Assembly: GCA_963724095.1 (NCBI GenBank)
Contig: CAVRTH010000005.1
Span: forward strand, 72,155 to 136,154
DNA: 64,000 bases
Direction: 5' to 3'
Source of the DNA: an uncultured Chloroflexia bacterium
GTDB taxonomy: Bacteria > Chloroflexota > Limnocylindria > Limnocylindrales > CSP1-4
Of this stretch, positions 31,512-42,396 are shown in pieces. The stretch's first letter is position 1. The number at the start of each line of letters is the position of its first letter. Made by a program: the position numbers and the translations under genes. The notes below the pieces were generated by a model. It had not been told where the DNA came from, did no database searches, and was given only the letters and a program-made list of their open reading frames with translations.

Positions 31512-32480
31512 TCAGGGCTGGGACAGCGTCCGAACCAGGAAGGCGACCTGCGCCTGGCTGGCTCGATCGAACGCCGCGCTCGGGTACTCCAGGAGCCCGA
31601 AATGGCCCCCGCCCACCTCGACGAGTTCCTTCGACCCAGAGAGGCGATCGAAGACTGCCCGGGTGACTTCGCTGACCGCGCCCTCCATCTCGTCAGCAGG
31701 CGACATCGCGAACATGGTCGGGACGTGTACACGAGGGGCGCAGGCGAACGGGTCGAAGGCGGGCGCATCGTGCGACGTCGTGAAGACCACCCGGTTCGTC
31801 CATCCGCTGCCGTAGCGCCCACCGTATTCGATGAACCATCGAAACGCCGTCAAGGGTTTGAGGGCGGACGGGCTCGTTGACTGGTCCGCAGACACGACGG
31901 CTGACGACGTCCACATATCCGATGGTCGGCGCAGCTGGCCGGCCTTCAGGAACCCTTCCATGGCGGTCATCCGCGTACCGTCGGGGTCCTCGACACTCGG
32001 CGCGTCGCCCAAGGCGGGAACCTGACAGACCAAGGCGCTGACCCGACCGTCGAGCGCCGCCACGCCGAGGGCTACTCGCGCGCTCATGCTGTCACTCCAG
32101 AGTGCGACCGAGGACGATCGTATCTCTACTACCGAGTGGGCGGCATCGATCGCGTCGATATACCCACGCGCCTGCACCCAGTGGTTGATCTCGCCCCGCG
32201 GATCCCCGTCGCTCGAGCCGTGTCCGCGATGGTCGAACGCCAGGACCGCGAGACCACCCGCGCGGAAGGACTCGGCGTACTTCTCGAGGACCATCGGGAT
32301 CGTTGCCGAGAAGCCATGTCCCATGACGATGACCGGGGCGTTGCGTCTGTCAGGCAGGTAGAGTCGCCCTCGTAGCGTGGCCCCATCGGACGGGAATTCG
32401 ACAGTCCGGTACCCGGGGATGGGTGATTCCGTAGGCGCCGGCTGGCCCCGTGGCGAGGCCCCGCGGTCGAGATCCGGCAT
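31512..32480 (-). CDS. Alpha/beta-fold hydrolase
   Basis: VIVMGHGFSA (oxyanion region), a nucleophile-elbow position reading SDSMS, and a C-terminal ...GGGHFG. Confidence 0.7.
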   Translation of the reverse strand: MPDLDRGASPRGQPAPTESPIPGYRTVEFPSDGATLRGRLYLPDRRNAPVIVMGHGFSATIPMVLEKYAESFRAGGLAVLAFDHRGHGSSDGDPRGEINHWVQARGYIDAIDAAHSVVEIRSSSVALWSDSMSARVALGVAALDGRVSALVCQVPALGDAPSVEDPDGTRMTAMEGFLKAGQLRRPSDMWTSSAVVSADQSTSPSALKPLTAFRWFIEYGGRYGSGWTNRVVFTTSHDAPAFDPFACAPRVHVPTMFAMSPADEMEGAVSEVTRAVFDRLSGSKELVEVGGGHFGLLEYPSAAFDRASQAQVAFLVRTLSQP

Positions 32481-32920
32481 GTCGCTCCCTCATGTTCGCG
32501 GCGCCGCCGCCGATCGACCCCTTCGGACCGTACCACGGCCATCGGCGAGAGAGCGACGTCTGCGTCGCGTCGCAGGCGGCCCGGTCTTTTCCAACAAGGT
32601 GAACTAGCGCGGCAGTCGCCAACCCGGCCAACCCCACGCGCGGCGCTGCGAGCCAGAAGAAGGGCGCAGATGGACCAGGAAAGTCGCCGCACGAGATGCC
32701 CAGTCGCTGTCAGGCGCGCCAGCGGTTGGGGCAGGAGCCGGTCGAGCGGCGCTCGACCAGGACCTTGGGTCTGATTCACCAAACCTTCACGGTTCCGAGG
32801 GCAGAGTGCCGGCTCGGTCGTGGATTCGGCGGATGACATTCCGACGCGACCGGTCTCGCTAATCGCAGGCCGTGAGGTCAGGGCAGACCCCCGCGCTTGC
32901 CTCATCACTTGGAGGTCGTC

Positions 32921-34127
32921 ATGTATCGCAGATCGATCGCCCTGATCGATCGGAAGCGTCGCGCTTCTCGTCGCTGGGAGCACGCCCGTGTGGGCCCAAT
33001 CGGCATCGCCCGCCGCCTCCAGTAGCCCACCGGTCGTCGTGGCGTCGGGGTTGGACAGCCCGCGTCACATGGCCTTCGGGCCCGATGGCAGTCTGTACGT
33101 GACGGAGGCCGGCGCCGGAGGCACCGCTCCGTGCGTCGACTCACCCGAGGGGCAAGCCTGTTTCGGCGCCACCGGGAGCGTGACCAGGATCGCCCCGGAC
33201 GGCACGGTCTCCAAGTTCATGGAGGGACTGCCCTCGATGATCTCCTCCGAGCAGGGCCAGCAGGATACCCTGGGCCCGTCGGCCATCAGCTTCGGCAGCA
33301 ATGGCGACATCTTCCTGGCCATTGGTGGCGGGAGTACCCCGGAGTTGCGTGACCAGGTCGGCTCGCCCCTCAACGACACGATCGGCTGGGTCCTGAAGGT
33401 CGCGGCCGATGGGACGTGGACGAAGTTCGCGGACATGGTGGCCTGGGAATCATCCAACAACCCGGACCAGGCTCAGCCGTCCTGCGTGGGAACCCAGTGC
33501 GGCCCCACGACGGTCGCAGACTCGGACATCGCCGGCGTGGCCGCGACCCCTGACGGGGGTGCGGTGGTCGCGGACGCGGGTGGCAATACCCTCGTCGCCC
33601 TCGACAGCTCGGGTGCCGCGTCGCTGGTGGCCATGTTCCCGGTGTCGATGAACCCGCTGCCGGCCTCCGCGCTTCCCTCGCCGGCTCCTGACGCTTCGCC
33701 CGCAGCACCTCCTGATGTGCCCACGCAGGCCGTCCCCACGGCGGTCCAGGTGGGGCCTGACGGCGCGTACTACGTCAGCTTCCTCACCGGCTTCCCGTTC
33801 CCGCAGGGTGGTGCCTGGGTCGCCCGAGTGGAGCCCGGTCAGGATCCTACCGTCTATGCGTCCGGTTTCACGAATGCGATGGATCTCGCCTTCGCACCTG
33901 ATGGCAGCCTGTACGTCCTCGAGATCGCCCACAACGGGATGCTGTCGGGCGATACCACCGGTGGCCTGTGGAAGGTCCCACCTGGTGGCGGCCAGGCAGA
34001 GTTGGTCATGACTGACGGTCTCGTGATGCCCGGTGGGATCGCGGTCGACAAGGACGGCAACGTCTACGTGGCCAACATGGCGGTGTCGCCGAACGGCGAA
34101 GGAACGATCATCAAGATCGCTCCGTAG
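32921..34127 (+). pseudogene. ScyD/ScyE-family secreted beta-propeller protein; one frameshift in the signal peptide
   Basis: SD ggagg plus ATG 32921 (MYRRSIALI) joins the frame of ORF 32988 (IGSVALLVAGSTPVWAQS...) if g32948 is removed. The body has GLDSPRHMAFGPDGSLYVTEAG... Confidence 0.7.
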
Positions 34128-34271
34128 GTAGCACACGCCCCGACCCGCTCTCGGCCCCCAGCGGCAACCCCGCCGGGGGCCGCGTCCGTCTCGCCGGCAG
34201 CCGCGGCCGCAGCGGACCGTGGAGGTGCGGCGCAGGATCCAGCCGGCGAGTTGGCTCGCGAAGGCCTCGGA

Positions 34272-34569
34272 TCAGCGCTCTCCGGCTCCCTGGCGGCGCA
34301 GCGATGGCCGCGGTCCGTGTTGATCCACGGCAGTGCACTCGCACACCAGGAGCCGGTAAGACCATGCATCGAACTTCGCCGGGTCACGCAGCCGGGGCAG
34401 TCTGCGCCATGTCGGCACCAGCGCCTGTTGCGTCACGTCCTCCGCGAGCGGACCGGTCCCGGAGGATGCCGTACGCAACGCCGAGGAGGCGGGGCCTGAT
34501 GCCCAGGGCCAGGTCTGTGAAGGCCTCTCCACCGCCCTGCGGCACCCGGATTAGGAGATTGGCGTCCAT
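34272..34569 (-). pseudogene. ECF sigma-70 factor, region-2 fragment (frameshifted; region 4 not found)
   Basis: MDANLLIRVPQGGGEAFTDLALGIRPRLLGVAYGILRDRS then, in another frame, AEDVTQQALV.TWRRLPRLRDPAKFDAWSYRLLV. No recognisable HTH lies downstream in any frame. Confidence 0.5.
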
Positions 34570-34638
34570 CGTGGCCGACGATCCCCCGCACCGTCTGCGC
34601 GGTGCCTCTAGAGGGTAAGAGGGCCGGGAAGCGTCGGG

Positions 34639-35013
<375 letters not shown>

Positions 35014-35051
35014 TCAGACCCTGCGCCAGCGATCGTGTAGAGGAGGGGGCG

Positions 35052-35827
35052 ATGGGTCAGACACGCGAGATCGCACCGGACGTCCACTGCCTGGGTCCGC
35101 ACGGGCACACACAGACCAACGTCTACTTCGTGCGATCGAGCGAGTCGTGGGTATTGGTCGATGCCGGTTGGCCGAGGGACTCTGCCCCGCATCGAGAAGG
35201 CCACAGCCGAACTCGTCGGTCATGACACGGTCCCAGCCGCGATCGTCCTCACCCACGACCATCCCGACCACGCGGGTGCTGCACGCGCCCTGGCCGAACG
35301 ATGGGCGTGCAGGGTGTTCGTCCACCCTGCCGAGTTGGCCATCGCCCGCGGCAACTTCCCTGCGATGTGGCGGCACGCCGGGCCGCTCGACCGCTACGTG
35401 ATCCTGCCAGCCATCAGCGCCCTTGGCCCACGACGACGCGACTCCATGCTCGAACGGAACAGCCTGACCTCCGTCATCGAGGTGCTCGGGCCCGATGGCG
35501 GGGTCCCGTGCCTGCCCGGCTGGCGATGGGTGCACACCCCCGGTCACACCCCCGGTCATGTCTCGTTCTATCGAGCCGCCGACGGTGTGCTCATCAGCGG
35601 TGATGCGCTCGATCACGCTCCAAGTCAATGCGCTCGCGGGGATGGTATGGGGTCGCCAGGGCGTGTCCGGTCCGCCCTGGTATACGACCGCCGATGCGGC
35701 GTCGGCCCGTGCTTCGATCAGGACGATCGCGGGCCTCGCGCCGCGCGTCCTCGCGAGCGGGCACGGCCATCCTCTGGTCGGTCCAGACACGGCCGACCGT
35801 GTCCACGACTTCGCGGACGCATTCTGA
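35052..35827 (+). pseudogene. MBL-fold metallo-hydrolase; two frameshifts
   Basis: SD aggaggggg plus ATG 35052. Three frames carry ...VYFVRSSESWVLVDAGWP / IVLTHDHPDHAG...HTPGHTPGHVSFY...LISGDAL / ITLQVNAL...ASGHGHPL...*. The second junction is at g35611 inside GATC. Confidence 0.75.
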
Positions 35828-35931
35828 GCATTCGGCACGAAGTGGCGATGGTGTGGCTGCGGATGGCCGGCTCAGAGCTCACCTTGTGCACGGTGCAGCC
35901 ACTCTCGCTCCCAAGAGCCATGGCGTCGGCT

Positions 35932-37104
35932 TCAGGATGGCGACAGAGATTGCGCGCTCCCACCGGCGCAGGGGCCTCCTAGTCGTGCCGCAGCATCCTC
36001 GATAGCCAAGCCAGCGTTGTCGGCGAGGAGCCCATCGACCCAGCGGTAGTGAGCATCGAGCGCGGTCGTAGCGGGCCACCTCGACCGTCGATAGTGCTCG
36101 ACCACACGCTCAAGCCGTGACCGGTCGCGCAGCCGGAGCGCCATCCGAGCGACCGCGTGAGCCACATCGAGCCAGAGGATCTCGCGTAGGAGACACTCCT
36201 CCTCAAGGGCGGTTGCGAGTTCGCCAAGCCCGGTAGCAGGATCGTGGGGCCAACCGGCCCAGCCGTGCGCGAGCAGCACCTCCGCGGCGTTCTGAGGCTG
36301 GACGGTTGTCCCGGAGGCCGCTGCGGCCGACTCGTCAGACTCGGCAGCGCTCGTGTCGTCGCGGAGGCGATGGATGACCGCCCGGTTCGGTAGCAGCGTC
36401 CCGCCGGTCGATCACTGCTTCGTGATGGCTGGATCGAACAGGTCGGACCGGTGGCGTTACCGCCCTTCGTGTGTGCGGCTCGGTCGGACAGCCGCAGCGT
36501 CGCCTTGCTTGGTGCGTGCACCTTGCCCGACTTCCTCGCTTGACGGTACCGGGGCAGACCATGGTGCTGGGCCGGACCCGACCGGGTCTGGCTCGACCGG
36601 CACGGTGGCCCAGTTCACGACGGCGCTTCCCCGCGCGACTCGTTGCCAGGACTCGAACGGGATGCCCAGGAGTCCCGCCAGCATCTCGATGTCTCGAAGC
36701 TGGGCGAGTGTGACGGTCGCGTCGGTACAGGCCCGTTCCCACGTCCTCGCGACATAGCCACGATGCAGACAGGCGGCTTCCAGGGCGCCGATGCCCCAGT
36801 CGGTCGCGCACTGCCTGAGTCGGCGCACCTCGGCAGCGGTGATGACGCGGTCCTCCAGGACCTGATCCAGGAGGTCCAGGTACGCCACGGCGGCATCGTG
36901 GGCCCAGTCGAACGGGACGCCGGCGAGCGTGCGTGACTGCGGGTGCTGCCGCGTGGGGGAGGTCGGTCGGTCCTCCCACTCACGGGCAGCCGCCAGGCGG
37001 GCGAACAGGGCTCCCGTGGACTCGGCGTCCCCGAAGGCATTGTCGTGGTGTCCGTGCTGGAACTGCGGGGGTCGTTGCCAGGGGCGGGATGGACGCTGGC
37101 TCAT
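35932..37104 (-). pseudogene. Hypothetical protein, apparently one frameshifted gene; no family recognised
   Basis: Protein-like stretches lie in different - frames: ORF 36457..37203 from MSQRPSRPW (...ITAAEVRRLRQCATDWGIGALEAACLHRGYV...TLAQLRDIEMLAGLLGIP) and ORF 35932..36279 (...GWAGWPHDPATGLGELATALEEECLLREILWLD...). Confidence 0.25.
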
Positions 37105-37754
37105 CGCAGGCGATGCATCGGTGGTCCACGGTCGTGAGCGGTCCTGCCTGGGCGATCGAGTCCCCGGTTGGTCCCGGTCGAGCCGGCGGCGGCGATCATC
37201 CATGGCGGTGTCCCTCGAGTCGAGGACTCGATTCTACGCTCGGACGGAAGGGGCCCGGACCCGACGGACCGACTGTCAGCCGCTGTGCTCGGTCCCAGGT
37301 GGGATGGCACAAAGCAGCGACGAGGCGCGTGGTCGGCACGAGCTTCGCGTCCTCTCGGGGCGACGTCGACGGCGTGTCGCGGTACTGCCTCGGCGACCTC
37401 CGCCGACCACGGCCGTCACCATGCCCTGATCGTATCGATGGAGGGAGGGCGGAGGTCGGGCCATCCCGAGTGTCGGTGGTCCCCATCGGCCCAGCCGCGG
37501 CATCGCTCGCCAGCTCGATGACAGGCCGGACGGTGGCCGCAGCGGTGCGCCAGATCTGATGACACCGCGACCGGATCCCCGCCGCCGCAGACCAGCAGGG
37601 AACGTGGAACGCCTTCGCGTCCTCGCGACACCAGCCAGGTGAAGGCGGGAAGCTGTGAGGCATGGCCTGTTGACCTGGGCGCCGTTGACCTTGGGCGCCT
37701 GGACCATGCCGAGCCACTGGCGAACCCGACCCGCCGAACCAGGGAGAGTCCACG

Positions 37755-39010
37755 ATGGTCGGCCCGTCGAAGCACCGAGTGCTTGTCCTTGCGTCCGCTT
37801 GCGCGCTCGTCGGTGCGGCCCTGCCCGGGGCCGTGACAGCCCAGCAGGTCACCCACTTCAGCGGCTCTGTCACCGACTCTCAGCAGCTCGTGAAGGTCGC
37901 GGTCGGCGACGCTCCGATGAGCCCGTGCGGCCTGGATGAAGTCGAGATCGACTGGAGCGCCCCGACACACACCGCGGTCCGCTCCGTCACCGGCGACCTG
38001 ATCGCCGGCGCGGAGCTGCTCACCGAGGAGGTGGAGCCGGGCGTCCTGAAGGTCCTGAGCGACGGCGTTCGCAGCACTCTCGGGGGCAATGAGGACATCG
38101 CCGTCGCGGCTGACGGCGATGTCTGGGTCTTCAAGGCTCGGCAGTCCTACAAGCTGGGCGATGCCGAGTCGCACGAGTGGGAGAACGACCTCTTCGATAT
38201 CGGGCAGGACAGCAGCGAGGACATCGAGGTCGCTCCCGACGGCACCCTCTGGTGGGCCGATCGCGACGGCGACGGGTTGAAGTCCGTCGATGGCAGGGCC
38301 TGGACGGTCAGACGGCCGGCACCGAAGGGCGAGCAGGGCAGCGTGGACCAGGTGGAAGTGCTCGACGACGGCACGGTCCTGGCTTCGTGGTGGTCGGGCG
38401 GCCGTGGCGACGGCCAGCGTGAGGTCGGCAGGCTCAGCGAGGATGGCTGGCAGATCATCCACAGCGTCGGCGGCAGCCGGACGCGTGGCTCGGAGCGAAC
38501 CAGGCCGGCGACGTTTCACTCATGCTGCAGACCGAAGGTGATCAGCCCCTCTATCTCGAGGTGTTCCCGAGGAGTGCCGACGGCCCGGCCGGCCGAGCGG
38601 ATCGTCCGCAGGGACGGATCGAGTGGATGGATGTCGGCTTCGACGGGACGCTCTGGATCTCGCTCGAGCGAGGAGGACTCGCACGACACGATGGAGACGG
38701 CTGGGTCGGTTCGGGCTACCCGAGTGGCTGGACGGCCTGGGTGGGATCCAGGTGGCCCCGGACGGGCGCGTGTGGTCAGCCACGTGCAGCTGGTCTGCGA
38801 ACGGCTGCGAGCTGCTTCGCTTCGACGGCGAGGCATGGAGCCGCTTTCTCGGCAGCCTGGGACTCGGCGACATCGACGAGATCGCCTTCGCGCCGGACGG
38901 CACGGTGTGGTCGATCTCGGGTGCGAACGACCTCTACATCATCCGCCCCGAAGCTGTGGCGGCCACCGCGTCGTCCTCGCAGGCGCTCCGACACCATGAC
39001 CGCATCGTGA
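37755..39010 (+). pseudogene. Secreted beta-propeller-repeat protein; at least 2 frameshifts, 3' end uncertain
   Basis: Signal peptide MVGPSKHRVLVLASACALVGAALPGAVTAQ. Repeated blades (DIAVAADGDVWV, DIEVAPDGTLWWA, VEVLDDGTVLASWW, MDVGFDGTLWISL, IQVAPDGRVWSA, IAFAPDGTVWSIS) are spread over three frames. Confidence 0.5.
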
Positions 39011-39311
39011 CGATCAGTCGGTCTGGTCTCCAGCAGCACCGCGAGCACCGTGTCGGCGTCAGCCTCCGTGCCTGCCTTCGGCACGGGCCGTGCTCCGGGC
39101 CGCCGGGGGACAGGGCCAAGGCATCAATGCCTACGCGTCTGCGGCCGAGCACTACGAGCGTCATGCGGTAGCGAGGATATGGTGCGGGGCGCGGCCGAAT
39201 CGGGACAGGGACTGCAGCTCGCGATCGCCCTGGACTCGGCGCTGATCCCGGTCCTCGACAACAACTTCGGCTACCTCGGCCGGGGCTTGGGGATCTGCGG
39301 CCCGAAGCCGA

Positions 39312-39878
39312 GTGCGGGAGCAGTCCCTCCGCCTGGGCGCTCGCTTCGGGGATACGTCCGTCATGCGCTTCGCCCGCGACGCCGTTGTCAGCTGTGCCTA
39401 CCCGCTCGGACGCTGGGACGAGTGTCTAGAGCGTGCCGATGCCTTCGTCACTGAGTGCGAGGCCGGAGCGGCCCATCACCTGGATGCCGAGGTCCGCCAA
39501 TGGCGCGCCTCGGTCCGGTATCAGCGGGTAGACCTCGAGAGCTCGGCGAGCGACTCCGAGCTGGCGCTGGCGCGGGGACGGGAGGTCGGGGATCCGCAGA
39601 TCCTGCATCACGTCCTCGCCTCCAATATCCGCATCGGCGCGGAGCTGGGACGGCTCGATACGGTCGGACGGCTCACCGAGGTCTGCTGGGAGGCGGAGGC
39701 GCGCCTGCGTGCCGGGCTGCGGTTGCGAGAGGCTGGTCGATCTGCGGAGGCCGAGGTCCAACTTGGCCGGGCGCGGGAGTTCTTCGGCTCGGTCGCGGCT
39801 ACCCACCGGCCGCCGCCATCGACGGCACGAATTCGTGATGCAGGCGGCGCGAACCCTCGGCTAAGTGACACCCGCTAG
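39312..39878 (+). pseudogene. C-terminal TPR-like fragment of a large regulatory protein (remnant)
   Basis: ORF 39312..39878 resembles only the C-terminal repeat region of large ATPase/TPR regulators. Upstream frames (39000-39310) carry broken protein-like pieces and no N-terminal domain. Confidence 0.3.
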
Positions 39879-39979
39879 GGTGTGCCGCATCCACCGCCGG
39901 GGACCCGCCGAAGTCGATACCCGCCATACGTGTCGATGGCCGGACGCTTTGTGTGATCGTCCGGCAGGGAGGTGTTCTC

Positions 39980-40441
39980 ATGAATCGTGTCCTGCTGACC
40001 GGCCGACTCACGCGCGATCCCGAGTCGCGCTCACTGCCCAGTGGCAAGATCGTCACCAACTTCAGCGTGGCCACCAACGAGTACCGCGGGGGAGAGGAAC
40101 GCACCGAGTATCACTCCGTGGTCACGTGGGAGCGTCTGGCAGATATCTGCGGCCAGTACCTGGGCAAGGGCCAGATGGTCTCGCTGGAGGGTCGACTCCA
40201 GACGCGCCGTTGGGAGGATGACCGCAAGATCAAGCACTACCGCACCGAGATCGTGGCCAACAGCGTGGAGATGTTGTCGGGCCGCCGCAAGAAGGACTAC
40301 GCAGCGGAGACCGCAGCACAGGCGCTCGAGACGCAGGCGGAGGTGATGGGCCTCGACCCGCTCGGACCCGAGGACTACCAGGAAGTCCTCTCCGAAGGCG
40401 TCGAGGTCGAGCCTGAAGAGGCTGACGCCGTGGCTGCCTGA
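39980..40441 (+). CDS. ssb: Single-stranded DNA-binding protein paralogue lacking the canonical acidic C-terminal tip
   Basis: SD gggagg. MNRVLLTGRLTRDPESRSLPSGKIVTNFSVATNE...HSVVTWERLADICGQYLGKGQMVSLEGRLQTRRW (OB fold). Ends ...EPEEADAVAA. Confidence 0.85.
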   Translation: MNRVLLTGRLTRDPESRSLPSGKIVTNFSVATNEYRGGEERTEYHSVVTWERLADICGQYLGKGQMVSLEGRLQTRRWEDDRKIKHYRTEIVANSVEMLSGRRKKDYAAETAAQALETQAEVMGLDPLGPEDYQEVLSEGVEVEPEEADAVAA

Positions 40442-40623
40442 CGACGAACTCTCCTACCCCGAGCGGCCGGCGCTGTGCTCCCCTCCGGCGCCGGCCGCTC
40501 GACGCTTCCCATCGGGTGCGCACGAGTATCCTTGTGAGGTACGGCGCAAGCCGCCACCAGAGTGCATCGAGCGGACATCCCGGGGTCCATCCACGAGGCA
40601 TCCGGGTCCGCGAAGGAGGGGTC

Positions 40624-40923
40624 ATGTTCCGTTTCGTCCTTGGTCTGATCACCGGTGTAGCCGTCGGCGTTGCCGCTGCGACCATCAGCTCGAGCGAGTC
40701 CGGCCAGGACATCCGCTCTGAGCTCGAGCGCATCCGCTCTGATATCGAGAAGCGCGACTTCGACGCACTCGGCTCCCACCTCGAAGCCCGCTTCAAGGAT
40801 CTCCAGGCGAGCCTCGAGCAGCGCTTCGCGGAGGTGGAAGAGGCAGCTGACGAAGCCGCGGCCGAGGCGGCCGATGCTGCCGAGGAAGCCGCCGATGCCG
40901 CCGAAGACGAGGCCTCGGCCTAG
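40624..40923 (+). CDS. YtxH-like small membrane-anchored protein
   Basis: SD aggagggg. MFRFVLGLITGVAVGVAAATI, then a charged coiled region and an acidic Ala/Glu-rich tail. Confidence 0.6.
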   Translation: MFRFVLGLITGVAVGVAAATISSSESGQDIRSELERIRSDIEKRDFDALGSHLEARFKDLQASLEQRFAEVEEAADEAAAEAADAAEEAADAAEDEASA

Positions 40924-41094
40924 CTCGCACGGACTCCCATGGCGGCCGCCGCGGGGACGTTCGCTATCATCGCTCGAGTCGATCGCGGGCCGCCGTCCGT
41001 CGCAGGGGAGTGGAGCCATCAGCAGCATCGAAGTGGTCGCCCGGCCCGGGCGACCGTCGACGAGAGACGCCACTGACCGTGTGGTGGGTGGCTG

Positions 41095-42396
41095 ATGCCA
41101 GCCAGCGTGATCGTCGGCCTGCAATGGGGTGACGAGGGCAAGGGCAAGGCGGTCGACCTGCTCTCTGAGTCGGTCGACATGGTCGTCCGCTACCAGGGTG
41201 GCGACAACGCTGGCCACACCGTCGTCATCGGTGACGAGGTCTTCAAACTGCACTTGGTGCCGTCGGGCGTGCTGCACGATCACATCACGCCGGTCATCGG
41301 CAATGGCGTGGTCGTCAACCCTCGGACGCTCATCAACGAGATGGGCATGCTCGCCGAGCGTGGCATCGACCCCCGTCGCATCCGTGTCAGCCGCGCCGCG
41401 CACGTGATCATGCCGTACCACGTCGCGCTCGACGGAGCGGCTGAGGCGCGGCTCTCCGGTTCGGAGATCGGAACCACGCGCCGCGGCATCGGGCCGGCCT
41501 ACGCCGACCGCGCCTGGCGAGCTGGTGTGCGCATGGGTGACCTGCTCGACCCAGCTGTGCTGCGAGCTCGGCTGGCACGCGTCCTGCCGGAGCGCAACGC
41601 GATCTTGCATGAGTCCTACGGCCAGCCCGGCTTCGACCTCGGGGAACTGCTCGAGGAAGCCAGCGCCTGGGGCGAGCGGCTGCGCCCGCACATCGTCGAT
41701 ACCACCAACCTCGTTCAGGATGCACTCGCGGCCGGCAAGCACGTCATCTTCGAAGGCGCCCAGGGCACGCTGCTCGACCTCGATCACGGCACCTACCCCT
41801 TCGTCACCTCCAGCAACCCCGTCGCCGGTGGCGCCTGTACCGGCGGAGGCGTAGGCCCACTCCAGATCGAACAGGTCATCGGCATCGTCAAGGCCTACTC
41901 CACGCGAGTCGGCTCCGGTCCCTTCCCGACCGAGCTCGATGACGAGGCCGGCCGCTACCTGCTCGAGAAGGGCCACGAGTTCGGCACCACCACCGGTCGG
42001 CAACGTCGCTGCGGCTGGCTGGACGCGGTGCCACTGCGCTACTCCGTGGCCGTCAACAGCGTCAGCGCGCTCATGGTCAACAAGCTCGACATCCTCAGCG
42101 GCCTGCCAGAGATCCGCATCGCCACCTCCTATCGCGTCGATGGCCGTGAGGAGCGCTGGCCCCTGACGCTCGAGGAGCTGCAGCGAGCAGCGCCGGTCTA
42201 CGAGGTCTTCCCGGGCTGGGAGGAGGACATCTCCGCGGTCAAACGAGTGCAGGACCTTCCCAGGACCGCGGTCGAGTACATCGACGCACTCGAGCAGCTC
42301 GCAGGTGCGCCTGTCGCCATCATCAGCGTGGGGCCGGAGCGGACCCAGACGATCATCCGCAAGGAACCGCGATGGAGGCCCCGGGGCGACGCGTGA
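41095..42396 (+). CDS. purA: Adenylosuccinate synthetase
   Basis: VIVGLQWGDEGKGKAVD, YQGGDNAGHTV. Full-length intact ORF. Confidence 0.95.
   Translation: MPASVIVGLQWGDEGKGKAVDLLSESVDMVVRYQGGDNAGHTVVIGDEVFKLHLVPSGVLHDHITPVIGNGVVVNPRTLINEMGMLAERGIDPRRIRVSRAAHVIMPYHVALDGAAEARLSGSEIGTTRRGIGPAYADRAWRAGVRMGDLLDPAVLRARLARVLPERNAILHESYGQPGFDLGELLEEASAWGERLRPHIVDTTNLVQDALAAGKHVIFEGAQGTLLDLDHGTYPFVTSSNPVAGGACTGGGVGPLQIEQVIGIVKAYSTRVGSGPFPTELDDEAGRYLLEKGHEFGTTTGRQRRCGWLDAVPLRYSVAVNSVSALMVNKLDILSGLPEIRIATSYRVDGREERWPLTLEELQRAAPVYEVFPGWEEDISAVKRVQDLPRTAVEYIDALEQLAGAPVAIISVGPERTQTIIRKEPRWRPRGDA

Noticed and set aside
37400-37700. A - strand segment resembling the C-terminus of an alpha/beta hydrolase (...VPRSLLVCGGGDPVAV...).
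   Set aside because: The similarity is short, frame-broken and lacks the catalytic His context. It is mentioned only as a possible remnant within the decayed region.
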